Source: an uncultured Gammaproteobacteria bacterium
GTDB taxonomy: Bacteria > Patescibacteriota > Patescibacteriia > Patescibacteriales > UBA12465
Length of the DNA stretch: 56,578 nt
Direction of reading: 5' to 3'
NCBI GenBank assembly: GCA_964570655.1
Contig: CAZMYU010000005.1
Location: forward strand, 1 to 56,578
Shown: positions 36,875 through 45,637 of the stretch, piece by piece
Position numbering within the stretch: position 1 is the stretch's first letter
How the letters are laid out: each line of letters opens with the position of its first letter
Made by a program: the position numbers and the translations under genes
Notes under the pieces: model-generated
The model's database searches: none
The model's input: the letters and a program-made list of their open reading frames with translations, nothing else
Told to the model about the DNA's origin: nothing

Positions 36875-38681
36875 ATATAAACCAGCCGGTGATCAACCTG
36901 AGGCTATCAAAAAATTGATAGCTGGGCTTCAGCGTGGCGATGATTTTCAAACTCTCTTAGGCGTGACTGGTTCAGGCAAAACTTTTACTATGGCTAATGT
37001 TTTGACGGAGTATAACAAGCCGGTTTTGGTAATGGCTCCGAACAAAGCTTTGGCTGCTCAACTGTATCGAGAATACAAAAACTTTTTTCCGGGTAACGCG
37101 GTGCATTATTTTGTGTCTTATTATGATTATTATCAGCCCGAAGCTTATTTGCCAATTACTGACACTTATATTGAAAAAGAGGCTATGATCAATCAAGAAA
37201 TCGATCGTTTACGTCATGCCGCTACCTCTTCGCTGGTTTCTAGACGGGATGTGATTGTGGTGGCCTCAGTTTCTTGTATTTATAATTTGGGTATCCCAGT
37301 TTCTTATACTGAAGCGGCTATTCATTTAGAAATCAATCAACCATTAACGCGCAGTGATTTGATTGCTCAATTAATCAAGATTCATTTTAAAAGAACCAGT
37401 GGCGAGATTAAACGCGGAGAATTTAGAGTGCGCGGTGATGTTTTTGAAATTAGACCGATGTCGGAAAATATTACTTATCGCCTAGAACTAAGCGGACAAA
37501 AAGTAGCGGAAATTAATGTTATTGATCATTTGTCCCGCCACTCCCTAGAAAATTTAAAAGAAATCGTCATCTTTCCACCCAAGCATTTTGTATCGACCCA
37601 ACCCCAAGTAGAGCAAGCTATTTCCCAAATTCAAAGTGAACTACAAGAACGCTTGGAATATTTTAAAAAAAACGAGATGTATTTGGAAGCCGAGCGACTG
37701 AGCCGGCGTACTCGTTATGACATTGAAATGCTGCACACTCTAGGGTATTGTCAGGGCATTGAAAATTATTCTCGTCATCTAACGGGAAAATTAGTCGGGG
37801 AAGCGCCTGATACTTTGCTAGGATATTTTCCTTGGAAAGACGGAAAACCGGATTTTTTGACTATTATGGATGAAAGTCATATTGGACTGCCGCAAATTGG
37901 AGGAATGTATGAAGGAGATAGGGCCCGCAAACAAAATCTAATAAAATATGGCTGGCGCTTGCCATCAGCCCTAGATAATCGACCACTCAAATTTACCGAA
38001 TTTTTGCAAAGAGTTGGGCAAGTGATTTTTACCAGTGCCACGCCCGGTATTTTTGAAACCCAAAAATCCAAACAAGTGGCTGAGCAGGTGATTCGTCCGA
38101 CCGGATTAGTAGACCCAGAGATTGAAATCAAACCAGTGTATGACAAAAAAGCCAATCGCAGTCAGATTGATGATATTGTGGAACAGATCAAGGTTTTGGC
38201 AGCCAAAAATGAACGGATAATTGTTAATACGCTCACCAAAAAACAAGCTGAAGATCTGCATGCTTATTTGGGCAAGCAAAAAATCAATTCCAATTATCTG
38301 CATTCGGACATCAAGACTTTTGAGCGCACCGATATTTTGAAACATTTTCGAGAAGGGAAGTTTGATGTCTTAATTGGAGTTAATTTACTGCGCGAAGGTT
38401 TGGATTTGCCAGAAGTCACTCTGGTAGCTATTTTGGATGCTGACCGGGAAGGATTCTTGCGTAGTCAAACTTCGCTAATGCAAACCATGGGGAGAGCGGC
38501 GCGCAATGTTTCGGGGCGAATTATTTTGTATGCCGATACTATTACTGGCTCCATGAAAAGAGCTATTGCCGAATCTCGTCGCCGACGCCTGAAACAATTA
38601 GCCTATAATAAAAAACACGGCATCACCCCACAGACAATTAAAAAGAAGATTGAAGAGTTGTTGGATATGGCTCAGGAATAG
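36846..38681 (+). CDS. uvrB: excinuclease ABC subunit B
   Basis: LLGVTGSGKT, FVSYYDYYQPEAY, DESH, LREGLDLPEV, QTMGRAARN. Confidence 0.97.
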   Translation: MKKIFQLQSEYKPAGDQPEAIKKLIAGLQRGDDFQTLLGVTGSGKTFTMANVLTEYNKPVLVMAPNKALAAQLYREYKNFFPGNAVHYFVSYYDYYQPEAYLPITDTYIEKEAMINQEIDRLRHAATSSLVSRRDVIVVASVSCIYNLGIPVSYTEAAIHLEINQPLTRSDLIAQLIKIHFKRTSGEIKRGEFRVRGDVFEIRPMSENITYRLELSGQKVAEINVIDHLSRHSLENLKEIVIFPPKHFVSTQPQVEQAISQIQSELQERLEYFKKNEMYLEAERLSRRTRYDIEMLHTLGYCQGIENYSRHLTGKLVGEAPDTLLGYFPWKDGKPDFLTIMDESHIGLPQIGGMYEGDRARKQNLIKYGWRLPSALDNRPLKFTEFLQRVGQVIFTSATPGIFETQKSKQVAEQVIRPTGLVDPEIEIKPVYDKKANRSQIDDIVEQIKVLAAKNERIIVNTLTKKQAEDLHAYLGKQKINSNYLHSDIKTFERTDILKHFREGKFDVLIGVNLLREGLDLPEVTLVAILDADREGFLRSQTSLMQTMGRAARNVSGRIILYADTITGSMKRAIAESRRRRLKQLAYNKKHGITPQTIKKKIEELLDMAQE

Positions 38682-38720
38682 TTGGAGTAAAAAATCTTAT
38701 AATAATATAACTATAATTTT

Positions 38721-39284
38721 ATGGACATTAGAAAAATAAAAACCAGAGTTTTTGACGAAGATTGTTCGTTAGAAATAATGGATTTTGTAAAAAGTGACGG
38801 AAAAAAATGGAAAACTATTTTCGATCTATGGAGAGGATTAAAAATGGGCATGCGGGATTATAAATCTCGAGAGCCAAATTTTCCCGAAGGACTTTCCGAG
38901 GTTGCATTTTGCCTTTGGTCAGGATCTTCTCGTTTTATCTCTGCTTATCGTCTATCAAATACTTCATTTGACACCTTTAACACAAAAACTAACAGGGCTG
39001 AACAGATTAAGGCCTGTAGCGTGGAAAACGATCTCACTTCTTTCGGGCCGAAATCAAAATGGGATGATTTATATTTTCTTGATTTTTATAATAGCGGAAA
39101 AGTTGATGGAAAATTTGATATTTATTGTATACCGAATAAATTAATTTATAAAAATAAAGTTAATAGAAGTCAAACACTTATAGATCAACAAGAACAAAAA
39201 CGTCGTCCTCGTTTTTCTATAAAAAAAGATATTATTGCAAAAAATAAACTTAAGCCGATTGCAACAAAAATAAAAGTTTGGTAA
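38721..39284 (+). CDS. type II restriction endonuclease, Bsp6I-like
   Basis: NFPEGLSE, QIKACS..DLTSFGP, DQQEQKRRPRFS resemble R.Bsp6I as recalled; convergent with a matching MTase. Confidence 0.75.
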   Translation: MDIRKIKTRVFDEDCSLEIMDFVKSDGKKWKTIFDLWRGLKMGMRDYKSREPNFPEGLSEVAFCLWSGSSRFISAYRLSNTSFDTFNTKTNRAEQIKACSVENDLTSFGPKSKWDDLYFLDFYNSGKVDGKFDIYCIPNKLIYKNKVNRSQTLIDQQEQKRRPRFSIKKDIIAKNKLKPIATKIKVW

Positions 39285-40862
39285 TTATTCCATTGCTTTC
39301 ATCATTTGTCTAGCCACAGCTTCAACCACTGGAACACTAACTGAATTTCCAAATTGCTTATAAAGAGCTGAATCAGCTAATTGCGGTAATTTATAATCAG
39401 CAGGGAATCCCTGGATACGAGCACATTCCAGTGGAGTCAATTTTCTAATACCTTTTTTATCTTTAATAATTGGCACATTATGTCCACCGGTTCCCATATT
39501 AGCAGTTAGCGTTGGGCAAACACCACTTTTATTTTCACGAACATAATGTCTTCGCCATTGATATACCTTACCTTCCTCTTTTATAAAGTTTTTCAATTTT
39601 TTATATAACGGCTTGCCATTATAATAATATTTTTCAGGAACATTCTTCTCTAACAAATCAGTAATCTTTTTAGTAAGCTTAACTGGGTTGGGAAATTCAA
39701 ATTTTTCGGCATAATCTTTATTTCTAAAACCAACGATATAAATACGCTCCCTATTTTGTGGAATATTTCCATATTCCATGCTGTTTAAAACTTTTGTTTT
39801 TACATGGTAACCAAGATTTTTTAATGTTTCTTCTATTACTTTAAATGTTTTTCCTTGGTCGTGACTTTTTAGATTTTTAACATTTTCCAATAAAAAACCT
39901 TCTGGTTTTCGGGCGTCAATTATTCGAGTGATATCAAAAAATAAATTCCCCCTGCCTTTCTCGTCGTCAAAGCCCTGTCTATGCCCGGCTATAGAAAAAG
40001 CTTGACAAGGGAATCCCCCTAAAAGGAAGTCGAATTCAGGTAAATCATCTATCCCGATTTTTCTTATATCTTCAACTATTAATTTGGAATCTTTAAAATT
40101 AAGATCATATGTTTCCTTGCATTGAGATTCAAAATCATTAGCAAAAACTGTTTTAAATCCAGCATTTTCAAATCCTAGTCGTATTCCACCAACACCGGCA
40201 AAAAGATCAATTGTTTTAAATCCGTGTTTAGTTTTTTTAGAGTTTTTTTTCTCTGGTTCATTGGCTATACTACTTATAACCTGAATAACAACACCACGCA
40301 CTTCGACCTCTTTCCGATAAAAGGGAAGCATAGACTGGTTTCTTGGTTCAAGTCGATATCTTGTTTTTTCTCGGTATAGCTTTTTAAGAGTTGCCTGATT
40401 ATCATCAATAATAGCCACGACTGTTTGTCCATTTTCTGCCACTGATTGTTTTTTGATTATAACAATATCTCCATCGAAAATTCCTTCGTCAATCATGCTA
40501 TCACCCGTAACACGCAAAGCGTAATATCCTTCGGCGGTTTTAATAGATGGATTAACTATAGAAATAGTGTCTTCAATATTTTCAATAACTTCTATTGGAT
40601 ATCCAGCAGCAATTTTTCCGACAATAGGAATTTCTACGATAGATTTTATTTCTTTTTTAATAGATAAACCCCTGGCAGAATTTTCTGATTTCGAAATATA
40701 TTCCTTAGCTTCAAGATTATCGATATGTTCATGAATAGTAGAAACCGCCTTAAGCTTTAATTTTTTCCGTATTTCTTCAATAGTTGGCGATATGCCATTT
40801 TCAGCAATATAGGAACTTATAAAATCAAATACCTGTTTTTGTTTTTTTGTAATATTTTGCAT
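39285..40862 (-). CDS. lexA: LexA repressor - C5 cytosine DNA methyltransferase fusion
   Basis: N-terminal wHTH, A86-G87 site, S122 and K160; then FAGVGG, GGFPCQ, ENVKN, QNRER, YKQFGNSV; target-recognition region YQWRRHYVRENKSGVCPTLTANMGTGGHNVP resembles M.Bsp6I (GCNGC). Confidence 0.92.
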   Translation of the reverse strand: MQNITKKQKQVFDFISSYIAENGISPTIEEIRKKLKLKAVSTIHEHIDNLEAKEYISKSENSARGLSIKKEIKSIVEIPIVGKIAAGYPIEVIENIEDTISIVNPSIKTAEGYYALRVTGDSMIDEGIFDGDIVIIKKQSVAENGQTVVAIIDDNQATLKKLYREKTRYRLEPRNQSMLPFYRKEVEVRGVVIQVISSIANEPEKKNSKKTKHGFKTIDLFAGVGGIRLGFENAGFKTVFANDFESQCKETYDLNFKDSKLIVEDIRKIGIDDLPEFDFLLGGFPCQAFSIAGHRQGFDDEKGRGNLFFDITRIIDARKPEGFLLENVKNLKSHDQGKTFKVIEETLKNLGYHVKTKVLNSMEYGNIPQNRERIYIVGFRNKDYAEKFEFPNPVKLTKKITDLLEKNVPEKYYYNGKPLYKKLKNFIKEEGKVYQWRRHYVRENKSGVCPTLTANMGTGGHNVPIIKDKKGIRKLTPLECARIQGFPADYKLPQLADSALYKQFGNSVSVPVVEAVARQMMKAME

Positions 40863-40895
40863 ATTGATATAAAAAATTATTTATGCTACAATTTA

Positions 40896-40924
40896 ATTAT
40901 AACCGAAAGAAAACCGAAAATCAA
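40896..40924 (-). promoter_or_regulatory. lexA-MTase promoter containing a direct repeat (candidate LexA box)
   Basis: TTGATT(40924-40919)-17bp-TATAAT(40901-40896); AACCGAAA at 40901 and 40912 fills the spacer. Confidence 0.7.
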
Positions 40925-40947
40925 GGCACTTATCCACAGCAATAAAT

Positions 40948-40975
40948 AAAAAAAGACCTTCGTTTTTAGAAGGTC
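40948..40975 (-). terminator. intrinsic terminator
   Basis: GACCTTC/GAAGGTC stem with a 7-nt T-tract on the minus strand. Confidence 0.7.
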
Positions 40976-41001
40976 GATTTGGGAGAAAGGATTTGGCCAA
41001 A

Positions 41002-41145
41002 TTACATCGGAGAGTAATTAGCCATTGGATTAAGATGGTACTGGTATATTGCTATTGCAACCAGTATAAGGGTTATACCAAGTAAAATGAAGCTAAGCTT
41101 CGCAGCAATACTGGGTTTCGGAATTCTTTTTAAAAATTTCAACAT
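41002..41145 (-). CDS. small single-TM protein (47 aa), not in ORF track
   Basis: Hand translation MLKFLKRIPKPSIAAKLSFILLGITLILVAIAIYQYHLNPMANYSPM. Confidence 0.55.
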   Translation of the reverse strand: MLKFLKRIPKPSIAAKLSFILLGITLILVAIAIYQYHLNPMANYSPM

Positions 41146-41174
41146 TTTGGTATTTTTTTACAGGTTTTGACAAA

Positions 41175-41276
41175 TTATGAAGGAATTCCGCCGCTCATAC
41201 AAGCGACGACAACGATAGTACTTATAACAGTGATAACAACGAAAACGAAAATGGTTCCTGAGTGTTTTTTGATCAT
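41175..41276 (-). CDS. small single-TM peptide (33 aa), not in ORF track
   Basis: Hand translation MIKKHSGTIFVFVVITVISTIVVVACMSGGIPS; follows a consensus promoter. Confidence 0.5.
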   Translation of the reverse strand: MIKKHSGTIFVFVVITVISTIVVVACMSGGIPS

Positions 41277-41319
41277 TTGTGATTAATTTTGGGTTAACGA
41301 ACGATTATTAATACTTTAT

Positions 41320-41348
41320 AGTATAGCATAATATTCAAAAGATGTCAA
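41320..41348 (-). promoter_or_regulatory. sigma70 promoter with extended -10
   Basis: TTGACA-17bp-TATACT with TG at the extended position. Confidence 0.75.
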
Positions 41349-41396
41349 TGGTTTGATGAAAATAGCCAAAAAAGGCAACAAAATAAGTAATTAGAC

Positions 41397-41425
41397 CTGG
41401 ATCCCCAGTCGAGCTGGGGATGACA
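41397..41425 (-). repeat. REP variant (29 nt)
   Basis: Reverse complement reads TGTCATCCCCAGCTCGACTGGGGATCCAG; ends identical to the 28-nt family. Confidence 0.85.
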
Positions 41426-41434
41426 GATAATCAT

Positions 41435-43936
41435 ATGGAAGAACAAATCATTATAAAAGGGGCGAAAATGCACAATCTCAAGAATATTGACCTGAGCATC
41501 CCCCACAACAAATTAACAGTTATTAGCGGTGTTTCTGGCTCGGGCAAGTCATCGCTGGCTTTTGATACCATTTTTGCTGAAGGTCAACGGCAATACGTGG
41601 AGTCTTTGTCGCCCTATATGCGCCAGTTTTTGGGACAAAAAAAACCAGCCGAAGTGGATCAAATCATTGGTCTAGCTCCGGCTATTTCCATTGACCAAAA
41701 AGCCCTATCTCATAATCCGCGCTCCACTGTTGGAACTTTAACCGAGATTCATGACTATCTACGGGTTTTATATGCCCGTTTGGGTGAAGTCTTTTGTCCG
41801 GTTTGCGGTCACAAAATTGAAAAATTAACTTTGGAAGAAATGGTCGATATTATTATTAATCGCGGCAAAGAATTCCAAAAGGAATATGTCACCATTTTTA
41901 GTCCAGTCGTTTCTGGCCGCAAAGGTGAATATTATCAATTGCTCTATGATTATTTATCTCTTGGTTATAGCCAGGCGCGCATTGATGGTGTACTGCATAA
42001 TTTACGTGAACCTATCAAATTATCGGCCACCAAAAAACATAATATTGAAATTTTGATCGACAAAGTGATGCTAAATGACGAAGGTCGAATGTTTGAAGCG
42101 GTGGAAAATTCTATTAATTATAGCAAGGGGCTAGCCATTGCTAATTATGAAAACCAAGAATTTTTATTATCTTCTAATTGGACTTGTCCGAATGATAATT
42201 TTTCTTTTCCCGAAGTAGAGCCGCGACTTTTTTCTTTTAATTCTCCGCATGGCGCTTGTCCGGATTGTTCCGGCCTAGGAAAAATCGGCTTTAGCACCGA
42301 AGACGCCTGCCCAAGTTGCCAAGGCCAAAGGCTCAAACCTGAAGCCCTGTCAGTCAAAATAAAAAATCAAAATATCGCTCAAGTTTCCAAAATGTCCGCT
42401 TCCAAGGCTCATGATTTCTTTTGGAATTATTTTTCCAAAATGACCAAACGCCAATTGGCGATTGCCGAAAATGTGATGACCCAAATTATTAATCGCCTAG
42501 ATTTTATGATTAGGGTGGGGCTAGACTATATTTCCTTGGACCGGGAAGCCGAAACCTTGTCAGGTGGTGAAGCCCAAAGAATTAGGTTGTCCTCACAAAT
42601 TGGTTCGCAATTATCGCGTACTCTCTATGTCTTGGATGAGCCAACTATTGGTCTGCACGAAAAAGATACCGATCGACTTATCCAAACTCTCAAAACTTTA
42701 AGAGACAAGCATAATACTGTCGTCATTGTTGAGCACGATGAACGCACTATTTTGGAATCTGATTATTTGGTAGATTTAGGGCCACTGGCCGGAGTACATG
42801 GCGGAGAAATTGTCGCCATTGGTGCCACCAAGGATTTACTCGGTCCTAAGAGTGAGCAATTTAAAGACTCATTAACTTTGAAATATTTAAAAAAGAAACG
42901 ACAAATCGAAGCTCCCCGAGAAAGACGCAGTCAAAATCACGGCGAACTTAAAATTATTGGTGGACGAGCTAATAATTTGAAAAACATTAATGTTAGCATT
43001 CCTCTGGGACGACTAGTGGGAATTACCGGAGTTTCAGGGAGCGGTAAATCTTCGCTACTTTATGATGTCGTTTATAAAAATATTACTAGGATCAAAAATC
43101 GACCAGGTGGCCGAGCCAAACTGGAAAACGTCACTGATATCAAAGGCACTGAATCAATTAATAAAATTATTGTTATCAATCAATCACCAATTGGTCGCAC
43201 TCCACGTTCTAATCCGGCTACCTACACGGGAATCTTTACGCCAATTCGAGATTTTTTTGCCGAGCTACCAGCGGCCAAAGAACGAGCCTATACTTTGTCG
43301 CGTTTTTCTTTTAATCGCCCAGGAGGACGTTGCGAAGCTTGTGCGGGAGCTGGTTTTAATCTAATTGAAATGCATTTTCTACCAGCCGTGCTAGTAGAAT
43401 GCGAAGTCTGTCGAGGCAAACGTTTTAATCGAGAAACTTTGCAGGTAAAATATAAAGGATTAAACATTTCCGAAATATTAAACTTAACTATTGATGAGGC
43501 CTATGATTTATTTTCTGAACACTATCAGATTGCCGATAAATTAAAAGTGTTAAAAGAGGTTGGATTAGGTTATTTACAACTTGGACAATCCGCGACCACC
43601 TTGTCGGGCGGAGAGGCCCAGAGAATTAAAATCGCCAAAGAACTCACTCATACCTTGGGTCAAAAAACCCTCTATCTACTAGACGAACCAACTACTGGGC
43701 TTCATTATGAAGACATCAAAATGCTTCTGCAGGTTTTAAACAAATTAGTCGACAAAGGAAACTCCGCTCTAATCATTGAACATAATTTGCATATGATCAA
43801 ATCTATGGATTATGTCCTAGATTTAGGCCCTGGTGGTGGAGATAATGGTGGAAAACTAATTGCCAAGGGCGAACCCGAAGATTTAGTAAGGGATGAAAAT
43901 AGTATTACCGGAAAATATTTGAAAGAATATTTATAA
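41435..43936 (+). CDS. uvrA: excinuclease ABC subunit A
   Basis: HNLKNID, GVSGSGKSS twice, LSGGEAQRI twice, Zn fingers; ATG 41435 (track start 41420 lies in the REP). Confidence 0.97.
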   Translation: MEEQIIIKGAKMHNLKNIDLSIPHNKLTVISGVSGSGKSSLAFDTIFAEGQRQYVESLSPYMRQFLGQKKPAEVDQIIGLAPAISIDQKALSHNPRSTVGTLTEIHDYLRVLYARLGEVFCPVCGHKIEKLTLEEMVDIIINRGKEFQKEYVTIFSPVVSGRKGEYYQLLYDYLSLGYSQARIDGVLHNLREPIKLSATKKHNIEILIDKVMLNDEGRMFEAVENSINYSKGLAIANYENQEFLLSSNWTCPNDNFSFPEVEPRLFSFNSPHGACPDCSGLGKIGFSTEDACPSCQGQRLKPEALSVKIKNQNIAQVSKMSASKAHDFFWNYFSKMTKRQLAIAENVMTQIINRLDFMIRVGLDYISLDREAETLSGGEAQRIRLSSQIGSQLSRTLYVLDEPTIGLHEKDTDRLIQTLKTLRDKHNTVVIVEHDERTILESDYLVDLGPLAGVHGGEIVAIGATKDLLGPKSEQFKDSLTLKYLKKKRQIEAPRERRSQNHGELKIIGGRANNLKNINVSIPLGRLVGITGVSGSGKSSLLYDVVYKNITRIKNRPGGRAKLENVTDIKGTESINKIIVINQSPIGRTPRSNPATYTGIFTPIRDFFAELPAAKERAYTLSRFSFNRPGGRCEACAGAGFNLIEMHFLPAVLVECEVCRGKRFNRETLQVKYKGLNISEILNLTIDEAYDLFSEHYQIADKLKVLKEVGLGYLQLGQSATTLSGGEAQRIKIAKELTHTLGQKTLYLLDEPTTGLHYEDIKMLLQVLNKLVDKGNSALIIEHNLHMIKSMDYVLDLGPGGGDNGGKLIAKGEPEDLVRDENSITGKYLKEYL

Positions 43937-43947
43937 CTTTTCGCTTT

Positions 43948-45123
43948 ATGCCCGACTTAAAAGACAAACTGAAAAAAATTCCTAGTTCACCCGGAGTTTA
44001 TTTTTGGCTGGGAAAAAACCAAAAAGTTTTGTATGTTGGACGAGCCACTAGTCTCAAAAATCGTCTTGGCCAATACTTTCAAAAAAATATTGACCCGCGC
44101 ATAGCCGAAATGGTAGCTCAAGCTCAAAATATTAAAGTTATAAAAACCGACTCAGTTTTAGAAGCTATTATTCTCGAGGCCCAAAATATCAAAAAATATT
44201 GGCCTAAATATAATATTAAGGATCGTGATGACCGATCTTTTATTTATATTATTATTCCCAAAAAAACTTTTACCTGTCCAATAATTGTGCGGGGGAGGGA
44301 ATTGGAAAAAACCAAAGCCAAGTTTAAACAAGCCAAAATTTTTGGACCCTACCAATCACAAGCCTTAGCTTATAATGCTCTCAAAATAATCCGTCGAATT
44401 TTTCCTTATAGCACCTGTGAGACAAATAGTGGTCGGGCTTGCTTTGATTACCAGATCGGTTTATGCCCTGGAGCTTGCCTGGGGATAATTAACGCCAAAG
44501 AATATCAAAAAAATATTGCTAGCATTGTTTTGCTCCTCTCTGGTAAACGCCAAGCCTTAATTAAAAAATTAATCAAAGCCAATCCAGGCCAAGCTCAAGC
44601 TCTCAAACATCTGCAGGATGTTTCGCTATTAACTGGCGAAAAAAATCTAAACGACAAAATCAAACGTATCGAAGCTTATGATATTTCCCATTTAAGCGGA
44701 CAGGAGCCCTACGCTTCGATGGTAGTTTTCAGTGGTGAAGAAGCTAGCAAAAATGATTACCGCTTGTTTAAAATTAAAGAAGCCAAAGGAGGAGACGATG
44801 AAAGAGCCCTCACAGAGGTGCTTGGTCGTCGTTTCAAACATCAGGAATGGCCACGCCCAGATATTATTATGGTCGATGGCGGAGCTCCTCAAGTAAATTT
44901 TGTGGCTAATTTTTTAAGCTCTCAAGATATAAAAATTCCTTTGGTCGGAATTTCCAAATACGGTGGTGATAAATTGGTTTTTAGTAAAAACTTAAACAGT
45001 TCCCAGAAAAAAACAATCAGTATTTTAAAAGCAAGCTTGCTTCAAATTAGAGAGGAAGCTCATCGATTTGCTATTTCGGCTGGCCGGCGGGCCAGAAGAC
45101 GAAAAACTATTCACGGTTTTTAA
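43948..45123 (+). CDS. uvrC: excinuclease ABC subunit C (short form)
   Basis: PGVYFW..LYVGRATSLKNRL (GIY-YIG), YQIGLCPGAC, RIEAYDISH, PDIIMVDGG, LQIREEAHRFA. Confidence 0.9.
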   Translation: MPDLKDKLKKIPSSPGVYFWLGKNQKVLYVGRATSLKNRLGQYFQKNIDPRIAEMVAQAQNIKVIKTDSVLEAIILEAQNIKKYWPKYNIKDRDDRSFIYIIIPKKTFTCPIIVRGRELEKTKAKFKQAKIFGPYQSQALAYNALKIIRRIFPYSTCETNSGRACFDYQIGLCPGACLGIINAKEYQKNIASIVLLLSGKRQALIKKLIKANPGQAQALKHLQDVSLLTGEKNLNDKIKRIEAYDISHLSGQEPYASMVVFSGEEASKNDYRLFKIKEAKGGDDERALTEVLGRRFKHQEWPRPDIIMVDGGAPQVNFVANFLSSQDIKIPLVGISKYGGDKLVFSKNLNSSQKKTISILKASLLQIREEAHRFAISAGRRARRRKTIHGF

Positions 45124-45169
45124 AAAATATGCTATAATCAAATTAGCTATTTATCAACCAATTTATTTT

Positions 45170-45637
45170 ATGTCTAAAACAAACATCAAAAAATTTTATC
45201 GCTCCCGCACTGATCGATTCTTTTTGGGCGTTTGCGGTGGCTTAGCCGAATTTTTTCAAGTTGATGCCAATTTGGTTCGGGCTGTTTTTATACTCCTAGC
45301 CTTTGCTAACGGATTGGGTTGTCTGCTTTATATTTCGTTGGCGATTATAATTCCTCTCAAACCAAAAGGACTGCCAGAAAATGGCGGCGACCACACTGAG
45401 CATCATAGTGGCCTTCTAAACATTGTCGGTCTTTTTGTGGTGATTATCGGTGTTTTACTTTTGGCCAAAATGTTTTTTCCTTTTGTAATCAATTGGAATA
45501 TACTTTATTCCATTATTATCATAATTTTAGGATTATTTTTAATAATTAAAAAAGATAATTTAATATTTTTATGCCCAAAATTACTAAGGGTAACGGCGCC
45601 CAAAAAACTGCCGAACCCAAAACTTTTAAAAAAATAG
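45170..45637 (+). CDS. PspC-domain membrane protein
   Basis: KKFYRSRTDRFFLGVCGGLAEFF..D.NLVR; ATG 45170; 3' end overlaps next gene by 67 nt. Confidence 0.8.
   Translation: MSKTNIKKFYRSRTDRFFLGVCGGLAEFFQVDANLVRAVFILLAFANGLGCLLYISLAIIIPLKPKGLPENGGDHTEHHSGLLNIVGLFVVIIGVLLLAKMFFPFVINWNILYSIIIIILGLFLIIKKDNLIFLCPKLLRVTAPKKLPNPKLLKK

Noticed and set aside
40863-41000. oriC
   Set aside because: Only one DnaA box seen and no dnaA/dnaN nearby
41420-41434. UvrA N-terminal MTDNH extension
   Set aside because: The ATG lies within the REP; homology starts at MEEQIIIKGA (41435)
43948-45123. Short uvrC (and short uvrB) as pseudogenes
   Set aside because: Frames and catalytic motifs are intact; loss of accessory C-terminal domains fits streamlining
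45068-45169. N-terminal extension of PspC
   Set aside because: Overlaps the uvrC end and a TGcTATAAT promoter; the domain starts at ATG 45170
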